Source: Eledone cirrhosa
Taxonomy: Eukaryota
Reading direction: 5' to 3'
Assembly (NCBI GenBank): GCA_964016885.1
Contig: OZ024746.1
Location: 83,886,001-83,950,000 of the forward strand
Length of the DNA: 64,000 bases
This document shows positions 1 to 12,236 of this stretch, piece after piece. Positions within the stretch are counted from its first letter, which is position 1; the number at the start of each line of letters is the position of its first letter. The position numbers were made by a program, and so were the translations under genes. The notes beneath the pieces were generated by a model. The model saw only the letters and a list, made by a program, of their open reading frames with translations. It made no database searches and was not told the origin of the DNA.

Positions 1-2262
1 ACTTTATTTTATCCACTCCTTAGTATATAATTTTTGCTTGCCTCAGTTTTACTTCACTCTTACTTCAAAGTTGAACATTATTCACCACACACATGCTTTA
101 TTCTTTGTGTCTGTTGTCCTCTAGTTGAACAATACAAAAATGTAAATTCCTTTTTGTAAATGCATTTACCTACCCCCAATGTTCTCCTCAATCTTAACTT
201 GCTATATATTCTCATTACTATTTAAAATCCTTGGTTGAAAAATGTCTATGTTTTCAAAAGAAGTTTAGTCTAGAAATGTCATTAATCTCTTCTCCATATG
301 ATATACAAATATATCCAAACTATTGAACTTTACTATCTAAATCCTAAACAAAGGAACTCTGAGACAAGCAGAGCTATGTACCTTGAATCAGCAAATAATT
401 CTGATTGTCTCAACTTGCCCTAATTAACAAGCAACAACTGCCATGCTAATGATGCTTAAATGGTAGTTTACAGTAATAATGGCATCCAGCTGTAAAAAAA
501 ACCCAAAAAAGGGAATATCATCATCATCACTGTTTAACGTCTATGAGTGTGTAAGGTGGGAAAGGAAGGGAGTGTGCAGGTTGAATATGGAAGGTGAATG
601 GAGAAGGGTTAAGGAAATGCTATTTGCAGGCTAGTGTCCCCTACATGTTTCAGCCTATGCATAAGGGAAGGCGGTTCTTTTGCAGTACAGCATAAGATCA
701 GATATTTCAATCGTGCGTCATCTCCTTTGAGAGGTTAATTGTGCAAGATCAGCTTTTATCACTTAAGGTTTCCTAGGTCTTCCTCTTTTATCAATTTTGA
801 GTGCCCTGCACCTTTTCATACAGCTGTTATCCTCCATACATATAACATATCCATACCACTGCTGTCTCCTCTCTGGTACACTGCCCAGTTAGATACCTCT
901 AAATTTGCTACCAGCTCAGATCTTCCCCAGTTTCCATATTCTTCTCCCCAGGTTTCTCTCTGTTTCTGGGTTCATCTGACCCTAACATTAAAGTCACTAA
1001 CTACTTGGTTATGTTGGGAGGTTCATTCCTCATCAGAGAGGGACTCTGTGTATTCAACTATCCCTATCTTGTCTTCTGGTGAGGATAAAATCAAATTGGC
1101 TGGTGTGCTCACCAATGTTTAATTAGTCAATTAAACAAGTGGATAGGCTGGGGGACTTGTAGACATGAGTTTAAAATCTACTAAATTCTTGATTATTTTC
1201 AAAATTATAGACAATGTCTTTCTTTGGAAATATGGTAACAAAAGGGTTAACCAAACTTACGAAGTCTGTCAAAAAGGTAACTGACTACTTTCTTCCAAGG
1301 GAAGTAGGCATATTAGGGAGACAAAGGTGTGCAGAGTGGAGCCACATACATTCATGTGCATGTGCTAGTTGCAACAGTCACTATTAGGTATGCATGTTGA
1401 AGGCAAAACTGGACATAAGAGGTATCAGATATAGTGTGCAAGAGAAGAGATTACAATGGTACAGATATGCGATGCATATGAGGGTTGATCATAGAATGAA
1501 GAAATGCCAGGAGTTCTAAGTCAAAGGCAGCCATTGAAGGTGAAGATTGAGGAAAAATTGGGTAGAAGTGGTGAAAGCTAATATCAGGATGCTGAACCTC
1601 ACAGAGAAAATGAAGAAATACATGTGGAGGAAAGATATGCAAGCATGGAAAAGCAGCATAAAACTTATGATGATAATGACTGGTGATTAAACTTTTACTG
1701 TATGATTGCCACCACAAATATAAACAGAGTATCTAAAATGGAGGCTAGCAGTATGTTTAACCCTTGTGATACCAAACCATGTAACTGCCACTGGTTCTAC
1801 AGTACAAAGCTGTTTATTTTAAATATTCCATTATTTTATTATGTTCAAAACACCAGCTTATGACATCGAAAGGGTTATGAAGTTTGTTTTGCAATCACAT
1901 GGTTCCAGATCCAATTCCAGTGTGACACAATGAGCAACAGGCCAACTCAAACTTTATAAGTCAAACTGTGCAAAAGCCTACCAGATTCTTTATACTTGTT
2001 CTCAGCTGGTAGACCTAATTCGTTGATCAATTTAACACCACCACTTGGTTCTCAGACGTTATTGGAATCAACTTTATTGCAAGAATTCAAATCAAGTTCG
2101 TAAAATTGATTTAAAGACTGAGAACAAATTAATATTTTGATATTTGCTTCCTATTACAATAACTAACTACTACTCTCTTCTTTCCACTAAAGATGAGTCA
2201 AACAGTAAAATAAAATTAGTAACTTATAAAAGAGAAATTAAATATAAATTGATCAATCTTAC

Positions 2263-2320
2263 CAGAGCCAATGGTGTCTTTCAGCATGTATAAGCCTTCG
2301 AGTTCTGGGTAGCGTGACAT
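2263..2320 (-). CDS. MELK: First coding exon of a MELK/PIG-1-like Ser/Thr kinase; the rest of the gene lies left of the window
   Basis: Minus strand reads ttcttttccag|TGACTAACG ATG...GGC TCT G|gtaag and encodes MSRYPELEGLYMLKDTIGS(G). This matches the MELK N-terminus (human [20 protein letters not shown], recalled) running into the Gly-rich loop. Canonical acceptor at 2330-2331, donor at 2261-2262. Only 19 codons are visible. Confidence 0.75.
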
Positions 2321-4318
2321 CGTTAGTCACTGGAAAAGAAAATGTAATATAATTATGAGTTATGTTGGCACAAGGACAGAAATTTGTAGGAGATGAGTCT
2401 AGTTTTCATATTTATTATTATTACTGGGGTGGAGGGTGGGGTGGGTGAGAGACCTCTAATCTTCATTATGACATCTGCTATAAAACCTGCAACTTCATTT
2501 GTATCCAATGATGTAGACCAGTTCTAATTTTTGGTTAAATGCATTCGATGTCCAGAGAGTGGAATTGGCTCCGTGCAAAGCCTTTCGTCACGTAAAAAGC
2601 TTCAAGCACAGGCATCTCTTGATATATGACATCTTTTGCGTTGCATGGCATGGCTGGCCGTATATATTCTTTATTGTGGTTTGTGATTCTGAGTAAACTG
2701 CCGAAACTCTTCTTCGGTATTGAATACCCATTCTCATTTTCATGCATTCTGACGTGTGTATCGAGAGGGGAGGCGGTGCCTTGAGAATGATAGTGGCAAA
2801 TAGCAGTAAATATTATATATATATATACACATTTATTTATTCTTTCTTGGTACAAGAATTTCATTTAAGCTTGTGTGGCTGAGTATATACAGTGATTCTA
2901 ATCGTTTTCCTATATTACTAATTTACAGGGCATTGTCGGCAATAACTCATCATCTTCACAGGTAACACAAGCTACCGTTACCAGTAGTAATTGTGTCGAC
3001 ACCGGAGGTATAGAAAGTTAATTCGACTCTAGCGGAATTTGAACTTTAAAAAAAACAACAATAAATAAAGCCGTAGCATATAATTTTGTTCGTATTTATT
3101 CTGAGATCATATCACAAAAAATTGCTTTTAGGAGAGTAGGATTGAATGATGATTATACTTTTATCAATTGTAAATACATTTTCAGTGAATTCAATTTGGT
3201 TTTAGAATTTCGAGATATATTTCCCGAAACAGTAGAAAATTAAAATGACAAGTAATTTATAAATGGACATAAAATAGTTGTTTTACACTAGTCACTATTT
3301 CTACTGGAGTTTTAAATTTTCAAACGACACAGCTGTTATTTACTATTCAGATCAAAGAATCGTTAGATGATAGCAAGCATCTCAGATTTCGCTACTTTTT
3401 TGTTATTTGGAGAGAAGATAACTTGTTTGACCGAGAATATATATATTTTTTTAAAAGGTCAGCCCTAGCTTGAAAAATCAAGAAAATGAGAGAAAGTGAG
3501 AAATGTAGCGGAAATTAGAAGATAAGTTTCAAACAAAACAGAAAATAGGTTTGTAGGGCGCACATTTGGTTGGGTAATTTAATTGAGGTTGAATAGTCGA
3601 AATGCAACAAGATTAACTGAAAAATACTTTCAAATACAGCCGTCGGGTTAGCATTACGGACAAAGGTTCCTGACAGTTCGTGATGAATTAAGATATTTTA
3701 TTTACACTAAACATATTATTTTAAATTAGAATTTAAAATTAAAACAGGTTTTATTAAAACGAATGGAAATGTTATATATATACGTACAAAATAATCGATT
3801 TTTTTATGCATGCAGTTCTAAATTTAAGAGAAAGATTAAATTAAAATGATATAAATAGATATATATTAAACCATTTTCATATACTATATATATATATATA
3901 CACACACGCTTATATTATTGTGATTGTATCACTTAAAAGTGTCAAGTAGTGAAATACAAGCTAAAAGACCTAACATGTTTTAAATCAATGTTTATATCAT
4001 GAAAAGAAAAACTCGTACAAATGATAGACGTTGGAAAATATGTATTATTTTCTTAGCATCAGTAATAACATGCATCACGTTTCATAATAAACCTAGAAAA
4101 TCTAACATTAATATAATAATGTTACAAACGTGTGTATTACATAACGAATGCTTTATGAAGTACCTGTTGGTAATTAACATAGAGATAAATAACAGCAAAT
4201 GCTTTCGTTCATATGTATAAAAGTAGCAAGAACATGCAAAACTCAGAGCGAGTTGACTAAACAAACAGAAAATTTAGTTTATAAAAACACACATTATTCA
4301 AAATATATAATAGTTTAC

Positions 4319-4480
4319 CTGCAGAAATGGGGTCTCTGAGTAAATTATAGAGATTCCTTATTTTACTTGAATGAAGAGGCAAATAAGTTAATATTTGAGT
4401 TTTCAAATATTTGATAAGCAGCCAATCAGAAACGAGGAAGCGTTATGCGAGAACTTAACCGAGACTGTCAACGGCGTTGT
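4319..4480 (-). promoter_or_regulatory. Putative non-coding exon 1 and cell-cycle-type promoter of MELK
   Basis: Minus-strand donor CTGCAG|gtaaac at 4319/4318. TTTGAA (CHR-like) at 4402-4407, CCAAT box at 4422-4426, MYB-type CAACGG at 4469-4474, with locally retained CpG. Confidence 0.45.
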
Positions 4481-5504
4481 TATTGAGACTTCTGCTATTG
4501 AAAATAACAATTTTCGTAGATTTACATAGGCACAAAACCTCACGTTTTACAAGATATGTGAATAAGTGGCGTTCATGCTTTTCACAAGAAGATTAGTTAT
4601 TAACTGGGTCTCATCAGTACTTAGATTGTGTTGTTTTTCTTCAGGTCAGCATTGATAGTGCAAACATTCCAGCCACGACGACACAAACATAACACTGTGT
4701 ATCTAGTATTAGATTGTGCAACGTGTCCTTTCGTTTACTTTTAAATGGCATGTTGTGATTTGAAGGAGATTTAGCTCTTATTTCTAGCAGGTCGTACAAC
4801 CACGTTGATGCTCGATCATGTTTAAACACAAACATTAGGTTTTTAGTTAAAACAGTTTTATTTAGAATTCATGAAACACAATTAAAAGTAACATTTAAAA
4901 GGGGTGGGCAAACTCTGCACCCAGAAATGGACAGCTTATCTCAGCTGCGTTCTATGGACAAGATGGCTAAAGCGTTGCCGCAAAGAACAGCCAGTGATAT
5001 CTGTTGCATCAGCCATTCCACATCACGGTGTGGTACTCTAGTCCCGATTTGACAACGGAAATGGGCAGTCGAGAACAAGTGAAGTCTCAATGGTGATCAG
5101 CACAAAACGAATCGGTCTGTTAATGTCCTAGTATTTGGTCATTTTCTGCTCCTCTGTGTTACGAGTGGCATTGCTCTGGCTTATAGACAAAATGATAAGT
5201 CAGTGCCGGAGAAAGTACCACCGCGTGTGTCCCCTAGATAAGCGATTTGTCACCCTCAAATGGTAAGAGGGTTACCCCTTCTAGTCGAATGTGTTACTGG
5301 GGGCCCTAATAGTTGGGTGAGCAACGCCAAGTCAGAAGTTAAGCGGAAGCCGAACTTCACATTGAGTTTCGCCTGCTCCTAGCAATAAATAAATAAATAA
5401 ATAAATCTACCACATAACCCCTTTTTTCTTTTTATATTCCTCTTTCTCCTCCCACTTTTTTTTTATTACTGTATATAGTTTATTCATTATGTACTAGCTT
5501 CGCA

Positions 5505-6290
5505 GTACCATAGTACGACACCCTAGCTTCAAAATGCCATATTTCCCCCATTGCCATGGGGTTCAACCTAGCTCCATATTTCCATACTGTGTCACTGAAA
5601 TTTCCCAGTTCCATAGTGTGTCACCCCAGCTCCCATGTGCCATAGTGCAGCACCCTAACTTCAAAGTGCCATATTTTCCCATAATATGTCCCCATTGCTA
5701 TACTGCAACATCCTATTTCCATATTATGTCACTCAAACTTCCCAGTTCTTTAGTGTGCCACCCTAGCTCCGCAGTGTCATAGTGCGGCACCTTAGCTTCA
5801 AAATGTCATATTTTTTCCACACTATCTCCCCATTCCCAGCTCTATATTTCCATACTGTGTCACTGAAGCTCCCCAGTACCATAGTGTGCCATCCTAGCTC
5901 CGCAGTGCCATAGTTCGACACCCTAGCTCCGAAGCGCCATATTTCACCACCCTATCTCCCCATTGCCATATTTTATCATCCTATCTTCCTTGTGCCATAC
6001 TGTCCCACCCCAGTACCATAGTTTTCCACCCTAGCTCCTCAGTGCCATAGTGCAGCACCCTAGCTTCAAAGTGCCTTATTTTCCCACCGTATCCCACCAT
6101 TGTCATACTGCGCCATCCCTGCTCCATATTTTCATATTGTGTCATTCAAGCTTCCCTGTTCCAAAGTGTGCCACTCTAGACCCGCGGTGCCATAGTGCGG
6201 CACATTGTTTTCGAAGTGCCGTATTTTACCACCCTATCTCCCCATTGCCATATTTTACCATCCTATGTTCCCGGTGCCATACTGTTCCTT
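5505..6290. repeat. Higher-order minisatellite: about 6 units of 131-145 bp built from ~27-30 bp CCATA-anchored subunits
   Basis: CATAGTGCRGCACCCTAGCTTCAAAGTGCCATATTT recurs at ~5509, 5641, 5778, 5909, 6046 and 6191. Confidence 0.85.
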
Positions 6291-6309
6291 AACAGAATCT
6301 TAAGACGAT

Positions 6310-6440
6310 CATGACGACGTTGCTGGTGATGATGATTATGATGATGACGAAGATGATAGTGATGATGATGATGATGACAATGATGATGATGATGATGATG
6401 ATGATGACAATAATGATGATGATGACGATGAGGATGATAA
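6310..6440. repeat. (GAT)n imperfect microsatellite
   Basis: Read directly from the sequence. Confidence 0.95.
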
Positions 6441-6822
6441 TTATTTACTCACCAGTTCATTCTCCTTTGGAGACACAGTGAGCATAGTTTTTACACCACC
6501 ACCCTTCCTCACACACACACATACAGTTTTGTGCAAAAGTTGAACCGCTGTTTGATTCTTTTTCGCCGTAGAATTTTCACCACCCACTTCCTTCGTTTTA
6601 ACTCATTCATCTCACGAGTGGACTGACACGTTTCGACTTTTATTTATATGGACATTGTATTGGTACGTTTATTGATATATAATTAAATCTTTTAAGAGAT
6701 TGGAACTTCACAGTAGGCGATTTACACTGATGATAACTTTTAACACCGCGGTACTAGCCAGACATTCAAAGAATGTTGTAAATGAAGAATAAAAAAGTCG
6801 AAAAGTTAACAAAAAAAATGAT

Positions 6823-7035
6823 TGTTTCTACTTTTGGCACAAGGCCAGCAATTTGAAGAGAAGGGGGGAAAAGTCGATTGAATCAACGTAAGTGCATTAC
6901 TGATACATTATTTTATCAACTCCGTAAGAATGAAAGGCAAAGCTATCATTAGCGGAATTTGAACTTAGAAATTAAAGGGGCGTAACTCTATGCCCCAAAG
7001 CATATTGTCCGACGCTCTCCCTATACCCACCGCCC
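6823..7035 (-). mobile_element. tRNA-derived SINE, diverged copy of the family at 59281
   Basis: Shares TGTTTCTACTTTTGGCACAAGGCCAGCAAT...GAAAGGCAAAG...GCGGAATTTGAAC with the copies at 10818 and 59281. B-box-like GTTCAAATTCC on the minus strand. Confidence 0.8.
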
Positions 7036-7079
7036 ATTTCAAAAACAAACATCTGGGACGTCACTTTTTTGCTCCCTTC

Positions 7080-7350
7080 CACATCATGGATGCTGCGGTA
7101 AATGTGAGGGTTACTGTTTCCGTTGCCGGATGGAATAAAACCCCCAAATACCAGGAACTATCAAACAACTATTTGTTCCAGCCTGTGACGTTCGAGACGT
7201 TTGGTGGAGCTGGACCACTGTCAGCGAAGTTCTTGCCATCGTTAGTGGCTCGCCTTACCGAGGCGTTAGGTGATGCTGTGAGGGGGCTTAGTTGTTCCAG
7301 CGCCTTAACCTTGCCATCCCGTGGTAATGTTGCTTCAAAAATTTCCGTTG
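7080..7350 (+). mobile_element. 3' relic of a CRE-type (restriction-like endonuclease) non-LTR retrotransposon
   Basis: KYQELSNNYLFQPVTFETFGGAGPLSAKFLPSLVARLTEALGD...RGNVAS matches the CRE C-terminal pattern KY..L...F.P..ET.G..G...FL..L..RL....GD...RGNAA. Confidence 0.7.
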
Positions 7351-9427
7351 TTTTTGTTTACTTATTATTTACTTTGGCTTTAATCACATTTTTTGTATGT
7401 TATATTTGTGAGGTTCCTAACAATAATTAATTGCATTTATTATGTGTTTATATTTTCATTCTGAAAGAATCATAAACAATTTGTAATGTTATTTAATTGT
7501 AATTAAAGAATTTTATAATCAACAAACAAATATTAAAAGCTTTCCAGGAAGCCTAAATATTCTATTTTAAAGAATCTCCACATTTTCATCAGTCGTTTTA
7601 GAAATTAAACTCCTATTTTTTCTTTTTATGTTTGCAATAGAATTAAATGTTTATAGTAAAATTAGAATATATCCATTTTGATTTTTCAAAAGCCAGTTAT
7701 CTTGTAAATCTGGCTCGTGTCCTTTTTTACAATAGTATATGATATACATTACGCTATATCCATACAGCATAAGTCAAGAGTCTTCTTTTTGTACTAATTG
7801 TTCAGTAGTCGTCAGAATTGGTAGAGCACCGTACAAAATTAATGAATTCTTTTCATAACGATGATGATGATGATGTCTCACAGTACGCAGCTTCATATCT
7901 TTCTATGTTCAAATCCCGCCGATCGGTAAACAGTATCAGCAATGGACAGACCTATGGAAACATTGTTTCCTTGGTCCGATTTAACGAGTTCCACCTCCTC
8001 TCGGTAAGCGAAGTCTAAGATCTTATCGATCGAATTATGTGCTATGCTAAGTATTAGAATGGCGTATTCGACTCTACTCTCTCCCAATCTTCCAAAATGC
8101 TTGGGTTTGTACCAATGCAAGACAAAAAAACAAAAACAAAGTTCAGAATAAATATGTTCATGTTTTCCTTCTAATTTCTAGTTTTCCAATGAAAGTTATT
8201 TCCCTTTGCACCCTATGAAATATTAGTAAAAATTTAAACAAATAAAATAAAATCAGAAATGTTTCAATGTTACAAATCTTAAAAAAAATTTTTTTAAATA
8301 TAAATTCTAAAGGAAGTGAAATGTTGTGATGTTTATTCCCTACCTAAGGATATTAGTGATGCCAGTGGAATTAGCAAACGTTAAGGAGGTTAATTCTTGA
8401 TCTTTGGAGCTTATTGTCCCAATTGAACAAGCTTTCGCTCGCCTTTTAGGGCCGCCTGATCAATACCCGACTATCATTAACACTGAACTCTTCCCCGATT
8501 TGATTTTCGAAAGTATCGGACGAATATTTGCTAATATCACTGAAATTTGCTCATCAACACCGCCACAACCAACAACTAGTACTACATACCACAAGCCAAC
8601 GAAGGTACATCCCGTAGATGGTTGCTCAACTTGCTAGAAATAACAGTCAAATCTACCTGAAACCACGCCCTTCAGTTTTCAAAAAGGAAATGACACATTA
8701 GCGAATGTAATCTCGATACACTGTCTTTGTTATTTTAATTTTATTCGTGAGTTGGTGTTTTGGAATTTCGTTATTTTATTGATTGCAATATTTAGCCAAG
8801 AGAGGAAGAGAAGCATCCATGACATCTGAAAGTAGAAAGAAACTATCACTTCTGGGTTGTTATCGAATTACGTTCAGATCTGGAGGCCTGGTCTAAATCT
8901 TTACCATGGAATGCATTTCGTTTAAGCTACATGGTCAGACGTGGCTGTATGGTTAGGAACAATAGCGAGGCTTCGGGTACGACCTCGCCAAAGCATGCAG
9001 GGGACAATAAACTCGGGTCGACCAAAGCTTTATGGATTAAATTGGCTATGATGACTCAACCTATCGGAAGGATCATGTCGGTTCTTTGGCAGTAAACTTA
9101 ATTTGTCACTCAGTTTAACACTACCATATGGTACTTGGGTGTCTTTAGTGGTAGACACTGTTGCAAGACCAGGCTCCAATTTGAAGACACCTTCCCTTCC
9201 CGCAACAAGTCTCTGGGAAGGGTCATGGACACTGCTCTTCTTTCTCTGGCAGAATAAGAAAAAAAAAAGGGTGGGTGAGGTGAAGGGTAGATTGCAGTGT
9301 TAAATCATGCCTTTGGCACCTAAGAACAAGTACAGTCCACTTTGAGGAAGGAAAATAAACTGCGACATTTATACTTTTTCCAAAAATGCTTGCCAATTCT
9401 TTTTAATGTCACACACACACATACATA

Positions 9428-9473
<46 letters not shown>

Positions 9474-9510
9474 AGATCAAAAGATGGTTAAAGGAGTTCC
9501 ATGTATTTTA

Positions 9511-9570
9511 TTATGCGCATTTCAAAAACAAACATCATCATGCAATAATATTTGTGTTTTCATCAGATAA
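9511..9570 (-). ncRNA. Degenerate minimal hammerhead-ribozyme motif (type B)
   Basis: TTAT-CTGATGA-[16-bp stem AAACACAAATATTATT/GATGATGTTTGTTTTT, loop GCAT]-GAAA-TGCGC-ATAA. The U16.1 position appears mutated to C. Confidence 0.55.
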
Positions 9571-9668
9571 AACAGGAGAACATGATATGAAGGCTAAAAA
9601 ACACTTGTGGATAGTGCAGTTTTAAATCAACATATGAAAAGTGGTTTTAGATTGATGTGTGATATTGG

Positions 9669-10085
9669 GAAAAATATTTTATTTAGAGAGGGGGGGTGGT
9701 GGAGAGGATGAAAAAGGGGAGGAGATGAGAGGGAGAGATGGGTGATAGAGAGAAAGAGATAGTTTTTATAACTGAGAGAAGATATATTGTTTTACATAGA
9801 GAGGTTGAAAACCGTTGGAAGATAATGTATAAATTAAAAGAATTTGAAAATTAACGAAGGGAAAGATATGTACGAGGAAAAAATATTTTATTTAGGGAGG
9901 GGGGAAAGGATGAAAAAAGGGGGAGGAGATGAGAGTGAAGGTGGAGAGAGAGAGATGGGTGATAGAGAGAAAGAGATAGTTTTTATAACTGAGAAAAGAT
10001 ATATTGTTTTACATAGAGAGGTTGAGAACCGTTGGAAGATAATGTATAAATTAAAAGAATTTGAAAATTAGCGAAGGGAAAAATA
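9669..10085. repeat. Direct tandem duplication of a ~200-bp purine-rich segment
   Basis: GAGATGGGTGATAGAGAGAAAGAGATAG...GAATTTGAAAATTARCGAAGGGAAA occurs twice (~9735-9865 and ~9952-10082). Confidence 0.9.
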
Positions 10086-10091
10086 TCACCT

Positions 10092-10146
<55 letters not shown>

Positions 10147-10167
10147 ATGTAAAAGGTAAACAGAAAT

Positions 10168-10345
10168 AACAACACAATCGGTACAGTATATGGAAGGAAT
10201 ATATTAGGTTAACGCTTGAAATAGCAGGAAGAGAGTCTTAACGTTTCGGACGCTAGTCCTTCATCAGAAGAAAGAATGAGAAATTAGAAAAATAGAGGGG
10301 ACGGATTTTGAAAAAAATTGTTTTTAGAGAAAAATAACAGGTCCA
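10168..10345 (-). mobile_element. Short Penelope-pLTR-like element with a minimal hammerhead (type A, core 10236-10271)
   Basis: Reverse complement of 57548-57736. Core TCTT-CTGATGA-A-GGAC-TAGC-GTCC-GAAACGTT-AAGA. The 3' end runs toward a (CA)/(TA)n tract. Confidence 0.7.
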
Positions 10346-10817
10346 GCCTTTCGAGGTAGCCCTTATATTTGGTAAAATCTAAGGCTGTCTCAACACAGAT
10401 TGCCACAAACAGAGATGCGAGCTACTGGCAAGTACCAGCCAGACCACAAAACTCAGACTACTATAAACACTTTCAGACTCGCACATTTTATTTATTTTTA
10501 ACAATATATTTATTATAGAAATATATCTAAATCCATTAACATTTGTATATTAGTAAGCAACTATAATTTATATACAGTAGTAAGTTGATGTTTTAATAGT
10601 AAAAGCAATTTAATAAATATATACATAAATAACATTCCAAATTGCTCATAATTCTTGAGACACTAACTCACTGGTCTTTATTCTTTGGTCTTTTAATGAC
10701 AACACTAACATCACAGCCTTACACACCCCGACAATACACCTTGCATTCCTTCTAACAGCTTTTATTGTTTCTCATTCACCAAGTGGTTTCGTCGTAAACT
10801 ATTTTTAAAAAAATAAT

Positions 10818-11001
10818 TGTTTCTACTTTTGGCACAAGGCCAGCAATTACCCAGTGCATTACTGGTACTTTATTTTATCGACCCCGTAAGGATCAAAGGC
10901 AAAGTTAACCTCGGCGGGATTTGAACTCAGACCATAAAGGGCCGTAACTCTATACTTGCAAAGCATAGTGTTCGACCCTCTACCGATACTGCCAATCCAC
11001 C
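10818..11001 (-). mobile_element. tRNA-derived SINE, near full length
   Basis: Closely similar to 59281-59460. Minus strand has GTTCAAATCCCGCCGAGGTTAACTTTGCCTTTGATCCTTACGGGGTCGATAAAATAAAGTACCAG (B box plus Meta-like central domain). A-rich TSD-like flanks. Confidence 0.85.
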
Positions 11002-11329
11002 AAAAAAAAAATAATAATATAGCGGTTTCGTGGTTTTAGTTGTAGGGAGGTCATTAAGTTTAACAACAGGGAAATAGTTTATTTTCAAGTGAGACTATTT
11101 TTATGATAGCACTAATTTAATGTCTTGTTCCGTAGCTATGTGTCAGTCCTGACAAAGCAAGTCTCAAACTAAAGGCTTTCCAGATATTAACATTCCGCCT
11201 TCATCTAGGGCACTGCGTATTTAGCATTAGGAAAACATTATCCAATGTATCTCACTTAAAATGGTACAATTATTTGTTTAAAATATTTATCGGACACACA
11301 AGTCCAGGATATCCATATTTTGCTTTCTT

Positions 11330-11850
11330 TCTCACTCACGCCCATCGTTAATCCCAAATTCTTCTTGGGAGGCTCGTGGGGGAAGAGTATTCAAGCACGC
11401 CTTCCAGCTGATCATGCCAGAAGCAACTATCTCCAATTGATACTGTTGGATATCCAGGTGAGACTAGCCGAGCTCTTGGATGTTATCCAACCATCATACT
11501 CGGGGTCTACCCTTGGGTCTCCTGCTGGTACAATATGTTCAGTGATTCTTTCCCTAGACATCCTAACCACATATCTGTAGTATCGGAGTTGCGATCTCTC
11601 AATTCGGAGAAGTAGCGGCTCTACCTAGAGCGACTCCCTGATCTCCGAGCTACGCACTTTATCGAGTAACGTTACTCCAATGACCGTTTGGAGGAAGCCC
11701 ATTTCATACTCTTGTTTGCGGTCGTATTCTTTCGGTCATTACCTAAGATTCATGACCATAGATAGGTAAGGGTTGGCACGAATACTGAATTGAAGATAGT
11801 GAGTTTCGCTTTTACACCTACTTCTCTTCTTCCGATGACCGAATGCTAAT
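11330..11850 (-). mobile_element. Decayed 3' fragment of an RTE (Expander/Rex3-like) LINE
   Basis: Broken translation gives KAKLTIFNSVFVP..YGHES*VMTERIR..EMGFLQTVIGVTLLDKVRSSEIRESL*VEPLLLRIERSQLRYY..RPKGRPR. Confidence 0.8.
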
Positions 11851-12119
11851 TTAGGTTCAAATAATGCTTTTTAAGTTGAAGTAAATCAAAAGGTTAAGAC
11901 AAATATTCGCTCATTAAGTCAGTATGTAAAAATAGAGTAGTAACAAAACAAAAATAAACTGTAGTTACATTGAGCACACGACTTCAGATTTAGAGAGAAG
12001 AAAGGTAATTAAAAAAAATCCCATGCATATTAGTTGAATATAAAAGATGTTTATAATTGGAACGTTCTTAATAGTAGGTCTGCTCAGTCAGAGCCGAGTA
12101 AACATTAAACAACGTTTGA

Positions 12120-12236
12120 ATGCGTGTGACGCTTGACAAGTTGTCTGCTTGTTTTAGTAATTTCCGTTTCAAAACGCAACTTGTGTCTGATGCATCATGG
12201 GTAAATAACATTGACGATATGTCGCAAGATGGCGTC
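12120..12236 (+). promoter_or_regulatory. Housekeeping-type promoter/5' end of the plus-strand gene
   Basis: ZNF143/Staf-like TGCATCATGGGTA at 12191-12203. YY1-type CAAGATGGCG overlaps the ATG. CpG is retained locally. Confidence 0.55.

Noticed and set aside
4590-4620. CTGATGA plus hairpin on the minus strand as a hammerhead
   Set aside because: No GAAA follows the stem.
5505-6290. CRISPR-like repeat/spacer appearance
   Set aside because: The intervening segments are themselves repeated, there are no unique spacers or cas genes, and the context is eukaryotic.
6620-6810. Hammerhead half-motifs (CGAAACGTGTC on minus; CTGATGAT...GTCGAAA on plus)
   Set aside because: The halves do not assemble into a consistent fold on one strand.
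4480-12120. Shared bidirectional promoter for the two genes
   Set aside because: The starts are about 7.8 kb apart, separated by repeats, and each has its own motif cluster.
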